Source: Mobula hypostoma
Lineage: Eukaryota
Assembly (NCBI RefSeq): GCF_963921235.1
Contig: NC_086097.1
Span: 178,932,001-178,996,000, forward strand
DNA length: 64,000 bases
Direction: 5' to 3'
This document shows positions 1-12,960 of this stretch, piece after piece. How positions within the stretch are numbered: the stretch's first letter is position 1; each line of letters starts with the position of its first letter. Below the pieces are notes generated by a model. It was not told the origin of the DNA, made no database searches, and was given only the letters and a program-made list of their open reading frames with translations. The position numbers and the translations under genes are program-made.

Positions 1-619
1 TATTCTAGCTCCACAAGTTGTGTAATCATTTGATCTGAATGGATAGTATGCAAGATATACTGCTCACTGCATCTTGGTAGATGTGGCAATACTAAACTAA
101 TGTCAACACCTTAGGAAATAAGGAGTCTGGCGTGCTTTCCTTTTGATTACATCTATGTGCTGGGCCCGGGGCAGATGATCCAATGCATTGGCTTTTTCTG
201 GGATAGTATGAGCCAGTCACCCTGGGGAGGGTGCTGAGGAGATAGGCTGCAGAACTGAAGGAAATATTTGCCACGTTGTCACACTTTCATGAACAAGGCC
301 AGTAGTTGCCGGTGAGAGCATAGCCAGCACTGAGGTGTACTAATGCTCAGAGCCAGTACCAACTACCAGCTGGGATTCGCAGAAATTGCAATCCCCACAG
401 CGCACACAGCAGGCAGGGAGCAGCTTGACTTCACCATATGTGGAACGGTTTTATTCTGCACCTCGGTCCCTGGGGTGTGCAGGGAAGAGGCCAGCGGAGC
501 CACAGAGGCAGGTGAAATGCTCTTAATGCAAGGCTGTAAATCACCAGGTTAACACGAGCAGTCTGGAGCAAGGGGATGGATTCTCTGAACACTGGCCTGG
601 ACTTACCATCACCTTGGAT

Positions 620-1030
620 ACTGTAGTATCCAAGACATCTTCAAGGAGCAGTGCCTCAGGAGGGAGGCATCCATTATTAAGGACCCCCATCACCCAGGAT
701 ATGCCCTTTTCTCACTGTTACCATCAGGTAGGAGGTACAGAAGCCTGAAGGCACACACTCAGCAATTCAGGAACAGCTTCTTCCCCTCTGCCATCTGATT
801 CCTAAATGGACACTAAACCTATGAACACTACCTCACTTTTTAATATGATTTCTGTTTTTGCACTATTTTTAATTTAACTATTTAATATAAATATATATAC
901 TTACTGTAATTGATTTGTCTATTTTTTTCTATACTATCATGTTTTGCATTGTACTGCTGCCAGTAAGTTAACAAATTTCACGACATACTGTATGCTGGTG
1001 ATATTAAACCTGATTCTGATTCTGAATACA
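620..1030 (+). mobile_element. Rex1/Babar-like LINE 3' end (RT C-terminus + 3'UTR)
   Basis: Translates to IIKDPHHPGYALFSLLPSGRRYRSLKAHTQQFRNSFFPSAI, followed by an AT-rich UTR and a (TTCTGA)n tail at ~1010-1025. Confidence 0.75.
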
Positions 1031-1230
1031 AGGGCTCAAACAACACTGTGTCTGAACCCCAGGCACTGTCACCTGGGTACGTCTCATCCCCTACAACTAC
1101 ACCACAGTGTCTGACCTGAACAAACAGCTCACTCATTAATGTTCACTTCCACCAGACTTTCAAACACCGCACACTTTTGTGTGTGAGAGTGAACTGGGTG
1201 TGTGTTCTATCTACATGTGTGTAAGAGTGT

Positions 1231-1800
1231 GTGCGTGAGTGACTGTGCCTGTGTGTGAGTGACTGTGCCTGTGCGTGAGCGACTGTGCCTGTGCGAGAGC
1301 GACTGTGCCTGTGTGTGAGTGACTGTGCCTGTGCGAGAGTGACTGTGCCTGTGCGAGAGTGACTGTGCCTGTGCGAGAGCGACTGTGCCTGTGCGAGAGT
1401 GACTGTGCCTGTGCGAGAGCGACTGTGCCTGTGTGTGAGCGACTGTGCCTGTGCGAGAGCGACTGTGCCTGTGCGAGAGTGACTGTGCCTGTGCGTGAGC
1501 GACTGTGCCTGTGTGTGAGTGACTGTGCCTGTGCGAGAGTGACTGTGCCTGTGTGTGAGTGACTGTGCCTGTGCGAGAGCGACTGTGCCTGTGCGTGAGC
1601 GACTGTGCCTGTGCGAGAGCGACTGTGTCTGTGCGAGAGTGACTGTGCCTGTGCGTGAGCGACTGTGCCTGTGCGAGAGTGACTGTGCCTGTGCGTGAGT
1701 GACTGTGCCTGTGCGAGAGTGACTGTGCCTGTGCGTGAGTGACTGTGCCTATGCGTGAACGAGTGTGCCTGTGCGTGAACGAGTGTGCCTGTGCGTGTGT
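1231..1800. repeat. 20-bp minisatellite (GACTGTGCCTGTGCGAGAGT)n, ~28 copies
   Basis: Directly visible 20-bp period with CG/TG and GAGC/GAGT variants. Confidence 0.97.
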
Positions 1801-1928
1801 GCATACTGTGTATGTGTATGAAAGCATGCTTGCTTTCCTGTATTCTGCCTACATTGACTCCTCCTTGTAGGAGCAAGCTCCCCCTCCTTGTTCTCTCTGG
1901 GTGGGTCTTTCTCCTAGATTTGCCACTG

Positions 1929-1967
1929 GATTTCTGTGATTTATACACAGTATAAATCACAGAAATC
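1929..1967. repeat. Perfect 18-bp inverted repeat with 3-nt loop
   Basis: GATTTCTGTGATTTATAC-ACA-GTATAAATCACAGAAATC. Confidence 0.95.
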
Positions 1968-2706
1968 TGCCCACATGTTCTCCGTTCTGAGTTTACCAAA
2001 CCCCATCTCATGCTCTTAACCATGTTCATTGGTTCCCAGGGACCTGTTTGTTTGACCAGGTCATAAGACCGCCAGGAGGAAGGCACTTTGCTCCCTATCC
2101 CCCACTCACTTGGTGTATGCGGTACGAGTTTCTGTGAAGTTGGCAAGCACTCTTGAGTTGACAATACCAGTTCTGTTAAAGTAAATCCTCCTAAGGGGAG
2201 GTTTGCAGGAGCCTCATTAGACGATATCCAACACTCAGCATGGAAGGAGATGTTGGAAAAGGTGTCCCAAGGCTTGGCCACAATGAGAGACTGGACTGGT
2301 GTAGGGGGAGGGTGCTGGAGAGGAAGACCCTGGCTACCAATGGTGGAAATTTGGAAATCGGGATAGACACAACATTGGGAATTGAGGAGGGCAGAATGTT
2401 ATTTTTGTCACATTCCATACATAAGTTCATCAAGGATGTACAAAAGGAAAGCGGAATGCAGAACAAACAACAGTACAGCAGAGTACAGGGCGCCTCAGCC
2501 TACAATGTTGTGCTGACCTTTAACCCACATTAAGATCAATCTAACATTATCCTCCCACATAGCTCACCCGTGTGTCTCTCGAAGGGCCCCTACCACAACC
2601 CGGGCATGGCATTCCACACACCCACCACTCTCTGTGTAAAAGACTGACCTCTGACATCTCCTCTATCCTTTCCTCCAATCACCTTAAAATGATGCCCTCT
2701 TGTATT

Positions 2707-2941
2707 TAAAAATGCAAACATGAGGAATTCTGCAGATGCTGGAAATTCAAGCGACACGCATCAAAGTTGCTGGTGAACGCAGCAGGCCAGGCAGCATCTC
2801 TAGGAAGAAGTACAGTCGACGTTTTGGGCTGAGACCCTTCGTCAGGACTCACGAAGGGTCTCGGCCCGAAATGTCGACTGTACCTCTTCCTGGAGATGCT
2901 GCCTGGCCTGCTGCATTCACTAGCAACTTTGATGTGTGTTT
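2707..2941 (-). mobile_element. Fold-back non-autonomous Penelope-like element (two inverted pLTR ends) with 12-bp TSD
   Basis: Arms ~2755-2845 and ~2851-2940 are reverse complements and match 31490-31623; CCCTCTTGTATT occurs at 2695-2706 and 2942-2953. Confidence 0.85.
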
Positions 2942-2959
2942 CCCTCTTGTATTAGTCAT

Positions 2960-3300
2960 TTGGTGTTACAAATATAATATTACCGAAAATAGTGTTACTG
3001 TTACAGAGCAAGTGCAGTACAGGTGGACAAATAATGTGTGGGGGTCACAACATGGTAGACCGGGAGATCAAAAATTCATCTTTTAGTGTATGTGAAGTCC
3101 AGTGAAGAGTCTGATCACCATGGAATAGAAAATGTCCTTGAGTCAGGGGGAAGAGAGAATGTCCAGAATGGGAGAGGGCTTTGATTATGTTGGCTGCTTT
3201 CCTGAAGCAACAACAAGTATAGACTCTGAGGAGGCCAATTTGTGTGATGCATTGGGCTGCACTCACAACTGTCTGCAATTTTTGCAAAGCATCCAATTGT
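2960..3300 (-). mobile_element. Rex1/Babar-like LINE 3' fragment
   Basis: ORF 3045-3296 reads KLQTVV..AQCIT..KAANIIKALSHSGHSLF. Confidence 0.6.
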
Positions 3301-4344
3301 AGGTTGGTTCTGAGTTTTAGAGCTGCATCTCAGTGTGGAGAAGCTGGGGTTGTTCTTGGAGCAGGGGAGTTTGAGGGGTTTGTTAGTGATGGACGAAATG
3401 ACAGTGAGTTTAGAGAGGGGAGGGAGAAGGAAACTCTCCCACTGCCAGATGGTTTAATTACCTAACAACTTTGCTTGAAAATCTGGCAAGAAGTAAAATT
3501 TTTACATGGAGATGGGTGAATACCTGGAACTGACTGAAAAGGGGTGGAATCGGAGTTGGTCAAGGTTTTCAATGGGGAATTCAATGGGGGTTGGAGAGAG
3601 AACTACAGGAAGAGAGCAGGGAAATGGAATCAGAGGATTTACTTAATGAGCAGCTAGCACAGCTTCTATGGGTTGAATGGCCTCTGTCAGTGCTGTAGTG
3701 ATTGCAGGATGATGGAGCTTGTGATCACAGCATAAGGATGGATAAAATCATGGAAGGGCATTCGACGGAGCCCCAGGTATTTGAAAAAGTGCAGGGATAG
3801 CCAGTCAAGAGAACTATCAGAGAACTAGAATATATTTCTGGAAGAAAAAAAAATGAAAGAAAGATTTGAAGTCCTAATTAGAGCTACGAGGTGAAATAAT
3901 TACTGTGTGTTGTAGTGAAGGAAATTGCCCAATCTTACACAATGTATTACTTGTTAGCTCTACACTGCGGTGCAGTTACAGAATTCAATCTGTGAGTGGA
4001 TATTGTACAACATCACCCGGTGGATGGAATATGAAAGAAAGTGATAAATGTGTGATTACAGGCACTGTAATCAAAGGAGTGAGCAGTTGCTGTGTTGTGC
4101 ACATGTGTTGGAATCCAAGTTCTCCATAAATTCAAATTAAATTGAAAGGGTTAGACATTAAGCATTTGCTCATTAGCTGTATGGAAAACCACACTCAGGA
4201 ATTTTTGACAGCAGATGCCGGAATCCAAGTGTTGGCGTGGCTGGAGAAGTTGGTGAATTGTACACTGCAGTAGAGCAGCTTCTGTTGGACTGAGACCCAG
4301 AACCTTTTCATATAATTGGAACAGAGTGCTGTTTATATTTCCCC

Positions 4345-4827
4345 TTATTTTCTCTTTCTTTCTGTCTCTCTATCCTTCAGACTGTACTCTCTCTCTCTAT
4401 ACACCCTCCTTTTTTTGACTTCTTCTTTTCACCAATACATTCATTTTTCTATCTGACTGTGACTCTGTGCTCCTGTCTCACTCTGCCCTTTATCCTCCCT
4501 CTCTCTCCCACTATCACTCTCTTACACTTTCTTCCTTTCTCTAAGTCCTCTCTCTCATGCCCTCTGCCTCTCATTCTCTCACACTCTCACACTCTCTCAC
4601 TCTCTCTCTCATCCTCTTAGTCTTTTCCTTTCTCTCTCACTCTACCTCTGTGTTTCTTTCCCAATCTCCCCCTCTCTCTCTTTCCTCTACTTTTGCCCCT
4701 GTAAATCTTTCATTCCCTGCACCTCTATCACTCTCCCATGGTCTGTCCATGCACCTCTCTCCCTCTATCTGTCTCTCTCTCTCTCTCTCTCTCTGCCTCT
4801 CTCTCTCCCCCCCTCTCTCTGTCACTC
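4345..4827. repeat. CT-rich low-complexity / (CT)n tract
   Basis: Pyrimidine-rich and ends in (CT)n next to the gap. Confidence 0.9.
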
Positions 4828-4982
4828 NNNNNNNNNNNNNNNNNNNNNNNNNNNNNNNNNNNNNNNNNNNNNNNNNNNNNNNNNNNNNNNNNNNNNNNNN
4901 NNNNNNNNNNNNNNNNNNNNNNNNNNNNNNNNNNNNNNNNNNNNNNNNNNNNNNNNNNNNNNNNNNNNNNNNNNNNNNNNNN
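4828..4982. other. Assembly gap (N run)
   Basis: 155 N. Confidence 1.
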
Positions 4983-6359
4983 CTCCCTGCCTCCCTCACA
5001 GCTGTGATGCCCCAACAGAAATGTGTGCTAGATACCCCCTTGGGTGACCGGAGAGGCAGTGCAGTGCAACACGCCGCGCGAGAGTAACTCTTGACAGGCT
5101 GGCAGGGACAGTGGGAGTGCTGCTGTCAGCACTAGCAGTACTGGAAACGGTGTGAAGAACCTTCCGTTGGGAGTGAATTACTGGAAACCTCTGCTGCTTG
5201 TTTTCCTGCTCTAATTGAGAGTACAGAGGGAGCTCGATTGTTCCATCTCCTCATCTGAAAGTGAAGACAAGAGCCTGGAGGTTTGTGTCAATGGTACTGG
5301 GCACGCTCACATTGATGGCAAAAATCTTCATTCCCACAAACTGCCTGCCAGGCTGTCTTGCCGCCGGGCTCTGGTTTTAACCCCAGATCTCCCTCAGATG
5401 TCCCTCAGATGTCGTTTTCATTGGCTCCACTGAATAAAGCAATTGCATGTTAACATGGTACCGACTGACAGAGTAAAGTGCCGGATCAGCTCCATCGCAT
5501 GCAAAATCATTTGATGGGATGGGGAGTCAGGGGAGCCACAGCTCAGGGGCGGAGGAGAACTGGCTGGAATAGGGAAGGCCCTTCCTAGGAAAGGGTTAAC
5601 GGAGCAGAGGCAAGTGTCAGTCTCACTGGATGTTGGCACACTGTGCCCAGCTTCTGCCAGCTTCTCCACAGAGTGCCGTGGGGGAGTGGCTGGACTGTAA
5701 TTGGCCCTTTCAGGGCCGTTCATGCGTTACCCTTGTCAACCAAGGCCGCATCTGCGCCCAGGCCGAGAGCGACTCCCCCCAGCTGAGCACAGCATTGGAC
5801 AAAAAGGGGCGGGGGGGGCTCTGGTGAATGTAGGGCGGGGCAGTCCGCTTCCGAGGAAACAAATGCTGGTTGTTCAGTCTGTAGGAAACACGTTGGGAGC
5901 ATGTCCGTCTCCAGGAGAGGGGGAGTAGGTTTCCTTGCAGGGTTACCCCCTGCCTGTCGATGATCATCCTGCCCTTTGCTTTGATGTGCATGTCCTGTCC
6001 GGAAGGACAAAATTCCACTCTGGAGACACAAGAGAGACTGCCGATGCTGGAATCTCGAGCAACAAACAAAGCACTGAAGGAACTCCACAAGTCAGGGGGC
6101 ACCTGTAGAGAGAAATGGACAGTTGATGTTTCAGGCCCAGACCATTCATTCAGATTGAAAATAGAGGGGAGATCGCTGTCACCCCTTCTCTTCACCTCTT
6201 CACACTGATTATTCCTGACCCTAAATGTCATGAGTACTGCAGCACAGAAACAGGCCTTTTGACCCATCTAGTTCGTGCCAGCCTGCTCCACTGCCTCATT
6301 CCATCTACCTACACCTGAAACATAGCCCTGCATACCTCTTTCATCCAAGCACCTAACCA

Positions 6360-7240
6360 CGAGAATCTGTTCTGGAGCCTCTGCTTTTCGTGATTTGTAT
6401 AAATGACTTGGATGAGGTAATGGAGAGGTGGGTTAGTAAGTCTGCAGATGACGTGGACATTAGTGGTGTTGTGGATAGTGTAGATGGTGGTTGTCGGTTA
6501 CAGTAGGGCATTGATAGGGTACAGAATGGGGCAGAGAAGTGGCAGACGGAATTCAATCCAGAAAAGTGTGAAGTGATGAACTTTAGAAGGACAAACTGGA
6601 AAGCAGAGTACAGGATTAATGTCAGGATTCTCAGCAGTGTGGAGGAACCAAAGGATCTTGTGGCCCGTGTCCATAGATCCCTCAAAGTTGCCACGCAAGT
6701 TGGTAGGGAGGTTAAGAAGGTGTGTGATGTGTGGGCCTTCCTTAGTCAGTTGTTTGAGTTCAAGAGCTTTGAGGTAATGTTGCAACTCTACAAAACTCTA
6801 GTTAGACTACACTTGGAGTATTGTGTTAATCTCTGGTCGCCTCTTTATAGGGAAGGTTGTAGAAGCTTTAGACAGAGTGCAGAAGGGATTTACCAGGATG
6901 CTGCCTGGATTAGAGACCATGTCCTATGAAGACCAGGTGAGTGAGTTAGGCTTGCAGCAAACAAAGATGAGAGGTGACTTGACAGAGGTATATAAGATGA
7001 TAAGAGGCATAGATAGAGTGAACAGCCAGCGCCTTTCTCCTCGGGTGGAAATGACTAGTACGAGGATGCGGAGGTTTCCAAGGGCAGTAGTAGAGACTGA
7101 TACATTAGAAACTCTTCAGTAATGAATGAACAAAAAATGGAGGGCTACTTGGGAGGGAAGGGGTAGATTGATCTTGGAGTAGGTTAAAAGGTTGGTACAT
7201 GATTGTGAAGCAGAATGGCCTGTTCTGTGCTATAAAGTTC
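6360..7240 (+). mobile_element. CR1 LINE 3' fragment (degenerate RT C-terminal half)
   Basis: Motifs LLFVICINDLDE..VSKSADD, LYKTLVRLHLEYCV, RVQKGFTRMLPGL, RGDLTEVYKMIRGIDRV with frameshifts. Confidence 0.9.
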
Positions 7241-8117
7241 TATCTTTTGCCACTTCCACTTTGGTTTACCTCCACAGGTGATGCCTGACCCACTGAGTTC
7301 CTCCGGTGTTTTTATTCAGGGAGAGGTGGGGTTCAGTTTGCCTGTCTCCCTAACTGGAAGTCTCCCAAGACTAGAGTTTAACATATCCATGGCAATGAAT
7401 TCCACAGATTCACCACTCTGGCTAAAAAAAAAAACCCTTCTTATCTCTGTTCTAAAGGGACATTTCCTCTGGAGCTGGGAAAGGAAAATTAATTCATGAA
7501 GGAATCCTGAAATTGGAGTCATGGAATCATAGGATAGTAGGAAGTGGTTGATAGGGGTTCAATTGTAAGAGTTGAGAGAAGTTTGGATTGGTCTGGAGGG
7601 ATATGGTCCAGGTGCAGGTAATGGAACTTGGCAGAAGATCTGGTCGCATGGACTACATGCTTCTGAGCTGTCCTACTCCATGACTCAATGACTCTAAAAC
7701 AGCCCAAGTTTGTCCCACCTCTCCTTACATATCATACCCTCCAATTCAGGCAGTATCCTGGGTTAGTCCAGGGTTCCTGTGGATTGCGCACTTCCCTGCT
7801 GTTGGGGCAGGTGCTGTGTCCAGTGCATTTTTATTCCGTTGCAAACTTTCTAACTAAATTATGTCAAAATTATTAAAACTTCATGGATCCCTGTTAGCCA
7901 ATGAAACATCACGCCAAAAACCCACACCCTGGGTCAAATAGGGTTTAGAAAAGTAAAAGTGGATTTTAGAGAAAACTACGAAGTTCTTACAGGCTTGACG
8001 AGCTGAAGGCGCAGAAAAAGCACACGAGGGCATTGGAAGAACTGGAGGGCTTGAGCTATAAAGAGTCTGGAGGCTGAAACTGTTTTCCCTGGAGCGAAGC
8101 AGACTGACGGATGATCT

Positions 8118-8475
8118 TATAAACACAAGAGATTCTGCAGACGCTGGAAACCCAGAACAACACACAGAAAATGCTGGAGGAACTCAGCAGGTCAGGTAGC
8201 AGCTCTGATAATGAATAAACAGTCGACGTTTCTGGCCGAGACCCTTCATCATGACGGGAGAGAAAGGAGGAAAATGCTAAGACTGAAAAGATGAGGGGAT
8301 GAAAGGAGGACAGATTAGAAGGTGACGTAGGTGAATCCAGGAAGGTGGGAAAGGTAGAAGGAATCTGATAGGAGACGAGAGCGGGCCATGAGACAAAGGA
8401 AAGAAGGAAGGACACCGGGAAAGGTGATAGGCAGGTGAGGAGAAGAGGGAAGAGGCCAAATTGTGGAATAATAAG
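8118..8475 (-). mobile_element. Penelope-like 3' end with degenerate hammerhead, inserted in a CR1 fragment
   Basis: AAACACAAGAGATTCTGCAGACGCTGG tail and GTCGACGTTTCTGGCCGAGACCCTTCATCA; CR1 sequence flanks both sides. Confidence 0.75.
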
Positions 8476-11400
8476 TGAGGATTTTATAAAATCATGAGTA
8501 GCAGAGATAAGGTGGATAGTCACAGTCACTTTTTCCCAAGTTAGGGGAGTCTAACCTAGGTTTAAGGTGAAAACTTTAAAGGTGATGACAGGGACAAGTT
8601 TTCCAAACTGTGTGGTGGGTATGTGGAACGAGTCACCAGAGGAAGAGGTGAAGATGCATACATTCATTTAACAGACATTATGATATAGGATAGGAAAAGT
8701 TAAAGATTAAAGATTAGTTTTCTTTGTCAAACTTACATCAAAACATACAGTGAAATGCATCAATCGCATCAATAACCAACACAGTCCCAGAATGTGCTGA
8801 CAACTCACTAACCCGTCATCTTTAAAACGTAGAAGTAAACATACGTGGTCAAGGGGAGAACCAACAAACTCCGTACAGACGGTGGCGAGAATTGAACCCC
8901 AATCTTTGGTGTTGTAAAGTGTTATTCTAACCGCTGTGCTACCATACCGTGAGGTTTAGAGGGATAGGGGCCAAAGATGGGCAGATGGGACTAGCTCAGA
9001 TAGGCTGATCAGCATGGATGAGTTGGGCTGAAGGGCTCAGTGAACCATGAGGAGAATCCAGCAGCAGTGTCCCTGCACAAAGATTGTTACTTTGCCACAG
9101 AAGTATTAAGAGCCTGAATTCTTAATGTAGTCTAAAATGCCTATTTAATCTTCTTGTTTGATTATTTGTGGGGTTGAGTCTAGATGTGCTTTTAACTGTG
9201 ACGATTAATCCGCCTCCTGAGATTAATTAACTTGTTCTGGCATCAGTAATAGGTGAAAGATCTGTATGATCTCTGCCATACTGGATACTCACATAGTTTG
9301 GAATGTAGCAGGTTTTGGCCCGTCAGTGATGCCCCATCACAAACAGCAGAGTGACAGGCCCCACCGTCACAGGAGGGTGAGATTGCAGGAGATAAAGGGC
9401 TAGCTCAGTGCACCAAGCCATTTGGCCCCTCATGCTTGTTCTCCCTTTCAATGAGATCTAATCCTGTTGGGGAATCCGAGACTGCTGAACATAGGTTTAA
9501 GGTGAGAAGGAGAAAGGTTGACATATAGCACAGAACAGTAGTAGTGGGCGGATGTTCCACCCATGTTATACTGGTATAGATGCCAATTTATGTTAAATGT
9601 CCTCCTGCTGTGTATCATCCAGATCCCTTCATTCCCCTCATGTCCATGTGTCTGTCTAACAGCTTCTTAAACTTCACCAAACTGTCTGCTTCCACCATGA
9701 CCCCTGGTTCCCACCACTCTCTGCCCCTCAAGCTACCTTTAAATTCCTGTCTAATCTTGAAAGCTTGTCCTCTGGTATCATTTAATAGGAACCCGAGGAG
9801 TAACTATTTCTCCCAGATGCTGGTCCGTATAAGGAATGAGTGCCAGAGGAAGTAGTTGAGACACATACAATAATAACATTTAAAAGACACCTGGACAGGT
9901 AGATGGATAGGAAAGGTTTAGAAGGGTATGGGCCAAAGCAGGTAAATGGAAGTGACTTAGTTAGGCATTTTGGTCAGCATGCACCAGTTGGGCCGAAAGG
10001 CCTGTTTCTGTGTTGTATGACATCACCTCTTTACTACACTAAGCTCATGCCATTGGTTCCCTTCATATCAAATTTATAAAATAGTTAAATGCACAGATAG
10101 TGTAGTCAGAGTCTTTTTCCCAGCATGGATATGTCAAATACTAGAGGAGGAAAGTCTAAAGGAAGAGTATGAGGTAAGTTTTTTACACAGAGGGTGGTAG
10201 GTGCTTGCAATCTGCTGCCGGGGAGGGGGGTGGGCGCAGTAGCAAAGGCAGAAATGACTGCAACATTTAAGAGACATTTAGGTAGGCATGAACAGGCAGG
10301 GCATGGAGGAATAAGAACAGTGTTACATCAATTTGGCATCATGGTCAGCATGGATACTGTGAGCCGAGGGGCCTCTTACTTCCTGTACAACTCTATGATA
10401 ATAGAGTTCATCTATACCTGTAAGCTCATAGGATCTGTTTTAGTGAACGTCCCTGGCCCAGTGTTTGTAGAATCAAACAGTATGGAACAGGCCCTTTGGC
10501 CTACGCAGTCTGTGCCAACCATCAAACACTGTCTGTCACCTGGTAACACTAAAGCAGGCTATTTGTTTGATATCATTTTATTTTCTGTGGGTGTATACTT
10601 TGTTTTCACTGGGCATGGATGTCATCGGCCGCTCTTGTTGCTAGTTACCCATGGACTGAGTGGGATGTATGGTCATTTCAGAGGGCAGTTAGGTCAAGCA
10701 GGAGTCACAGGGAAACGAAGAGTCGCATCATTTCACATTACTGCCGCTGTCAGGGATGTTTTTGTCACAGTTAATTACGAACTGGTTTATTATTGTCACG
10801 TGTACTGAGAAACTTTTCTTTGTGTGCCACCCAGACAGGTCATAAGTGTATCGAGGTTGTGCAAAATGGAAAAACATGTAATGCAGAATGATGAAGTCCT
10901 GCAGTCACAGAGAAAGTGCAGTGCAGACAGACAATAAGGTGCAAGGTCATAGTGATGTAGATTGTGAGGTCAAGAGTAAATCTTATTAAACTAGGGATCT
11001 GTTCAATTGCTGATAACAGTGGGATAAAAGCTGTACTTGAGCCTGGTAGCATGTGGTTTCAAGCTCTTTGTGTTTTTGTATCCTGTGTCTCTGTCGATAA
11101 AAGGAAATATCCGGGGAATGATATTTAACCACTCAAGAAACTTAAACCTGAAAAATCTCTGCGCATTGACCAAGTACAATAATTCTGATCCAAAGATGCT
11201 GAACTCCTGAGCCTTATGAGACTCAAATAAGTTCTGATTTGTAGGTATATCAAATGAAACCTGCGCACAGTTTCGGGTCCCTTTTCTAAGGGTGGATAAT
11301 CATGTTTCTGAGACAGTGCTAAAGAGATTTATTGGGGTAATGGGCTTCTCACCAAAGAAATTAAACCTATATTCTTTAAAGTGCAGAAGAGTGAGAGATA

Positions 11401-12519
11401 ATCTTATTGAAACATTGAAGACCCCAGGGAGGAGTTGTAGAAGAGGTGTTGAAATGTATGGGAGGAAGGTGTAGGGGGAATGTCAGAGGTAGGTTTTTTG
11501 CACAGGGAGTGATGGGTGTGTGGAATGTTCTGCTGCAATGGTGTAGAGGCAGATACATTAGGGAAATTTAAGAGACTCAGGCACATTGATGAAAGAAAAA
11601 TGAAGGGTTATGCAGAAGGGAAACATTAGATTGATCTTGGTGGGGGTTTTCTTCTGTTTCGAGGATGTCTGCGGAGCGTAAGAACTTGGGGTTGTATATT
11701 GTATACATCTTTGATATTAAATGGAGCTATCACACTATGAAAAGTTTAGCACAAAATTGTGGAGTGAAGTGCCTGTACATACTGTACTATTCTATGTTCT
11801 ATGTGTTAGGACTGGCTTACTATTGTCACATGTACGGTGATACATAGAAAGTTTGTCTTGTACTCTGTTCATACAGATCAAATCATTGCACAGCATATTG
11901 AGGTAGAACAAGGTAAAATAATAGCAGGATGTGGAATAAAGTGTAACAGCTACTGAGAAAGCACAGCGCAGGTAAACAATAAAGTGCAAGATCATAACAA
12001 GGTAGACTATGAGGTCAATCGTAATTCTTCGAGACAGAATTTAGATTAAAAAGACTATAATGATTATAATGAGTGGATCTGCAGGGAGCTGCTCGCAACA
12101 AGGCACCAGGCTGCAGTGCCATATTGGGAACGTGCCAATGCCAATGCCAATAGGCCAAGAGGAGGCCTTTTAAAGAAGATGTTGAGATGTTTCCATTAGT
12201 GAGAGAACCTCGAACAAGAGAGCGGATCCAGAAATAAGGAGCCAGTCATTTAAAATTGAGTTGCATAGGAACATTTTCTCACAGTGGGTGGTAAACATCT
12301 GGAAATCTCTACCCCAGAGGTTTATAGAGATGGATCACTGGAGGTAGTTATAGAGGGCGTAGACATATTTTTGAAAGATCAGGGAATTGAGGGCTCTATA
12401 GGACTGGAGGAGAAGAATAGAGAGGGCTGCAGCAGATTATATTTAATTGTGGGGTAGACAAGAGGAGCCAAATGGCTCCTATTTTCCAAAGTTCTGGCAT
12501 AATTTCTCAACTTCGTTCA

Positions 12520-12960
12520 CAGAACATCACCGAAACTAGCCTCGCCTCCATGGATTCTGTCTGTATTTCTCTCTGCCTCAGTAAAGCTGCCTCCATAATC
12601 AAAGATCCTCCCCCCCACCCTGGACATCTCTGTTCTCCCCTCTTCCATCAGGCAGAAAATAACAAAAGCCTGAGAGCTCATATCACTCAGACTCAAGGAC
12701 AGCTTCTGTCCCGGTATTAAAAATGGTTCCCTAGTATGATCAGTTGGAGTCTTGGCCTCATGATCTACCTTGTTATGATCTTGCTCCTTAATTTTTACCT
12801 GCACTGCACTCCCTTTGTAACTGTAACACTTTATTCTGCATTGTTATTGTTTTACCTTGGCCTGCCTCAATGTAATGTGTGAAGATTTGATCTGTATGAA
12901 CCGTATGCAGAACACCCTATTCATGGTATCTCAGTACATGTGACAATAAGACAATTCCAA
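12520..12960 (+). mobile_element. Rex1/Babar-like LINE 3' end
   Basis: CLSKAASIIKDP..HPGH motif, then a UTR ending in TACATGTGACAATAA. Confidence 0.7.

Noticed and set aside
1044-1135. CACTGTG/CACAGTG heptamers as V(D)J recombination signals
   Set aside because: No properly spaced ACAAAAACC nonamer and no Ig/TCR segment nearby
1207-2281. 206-aa and 356-aa His/Thr-rich ORFs
   Set aside because: They are open only because the 20-bp minisatellite lacks stops; the unique portion has no recognisable domain
10194-10808. 204-aa ORF (likewise 52792-53373 and 46301-46726)
   Set aside because: Chance frames through CR1 debris or unique DNA, with no coherent domain or splice structure
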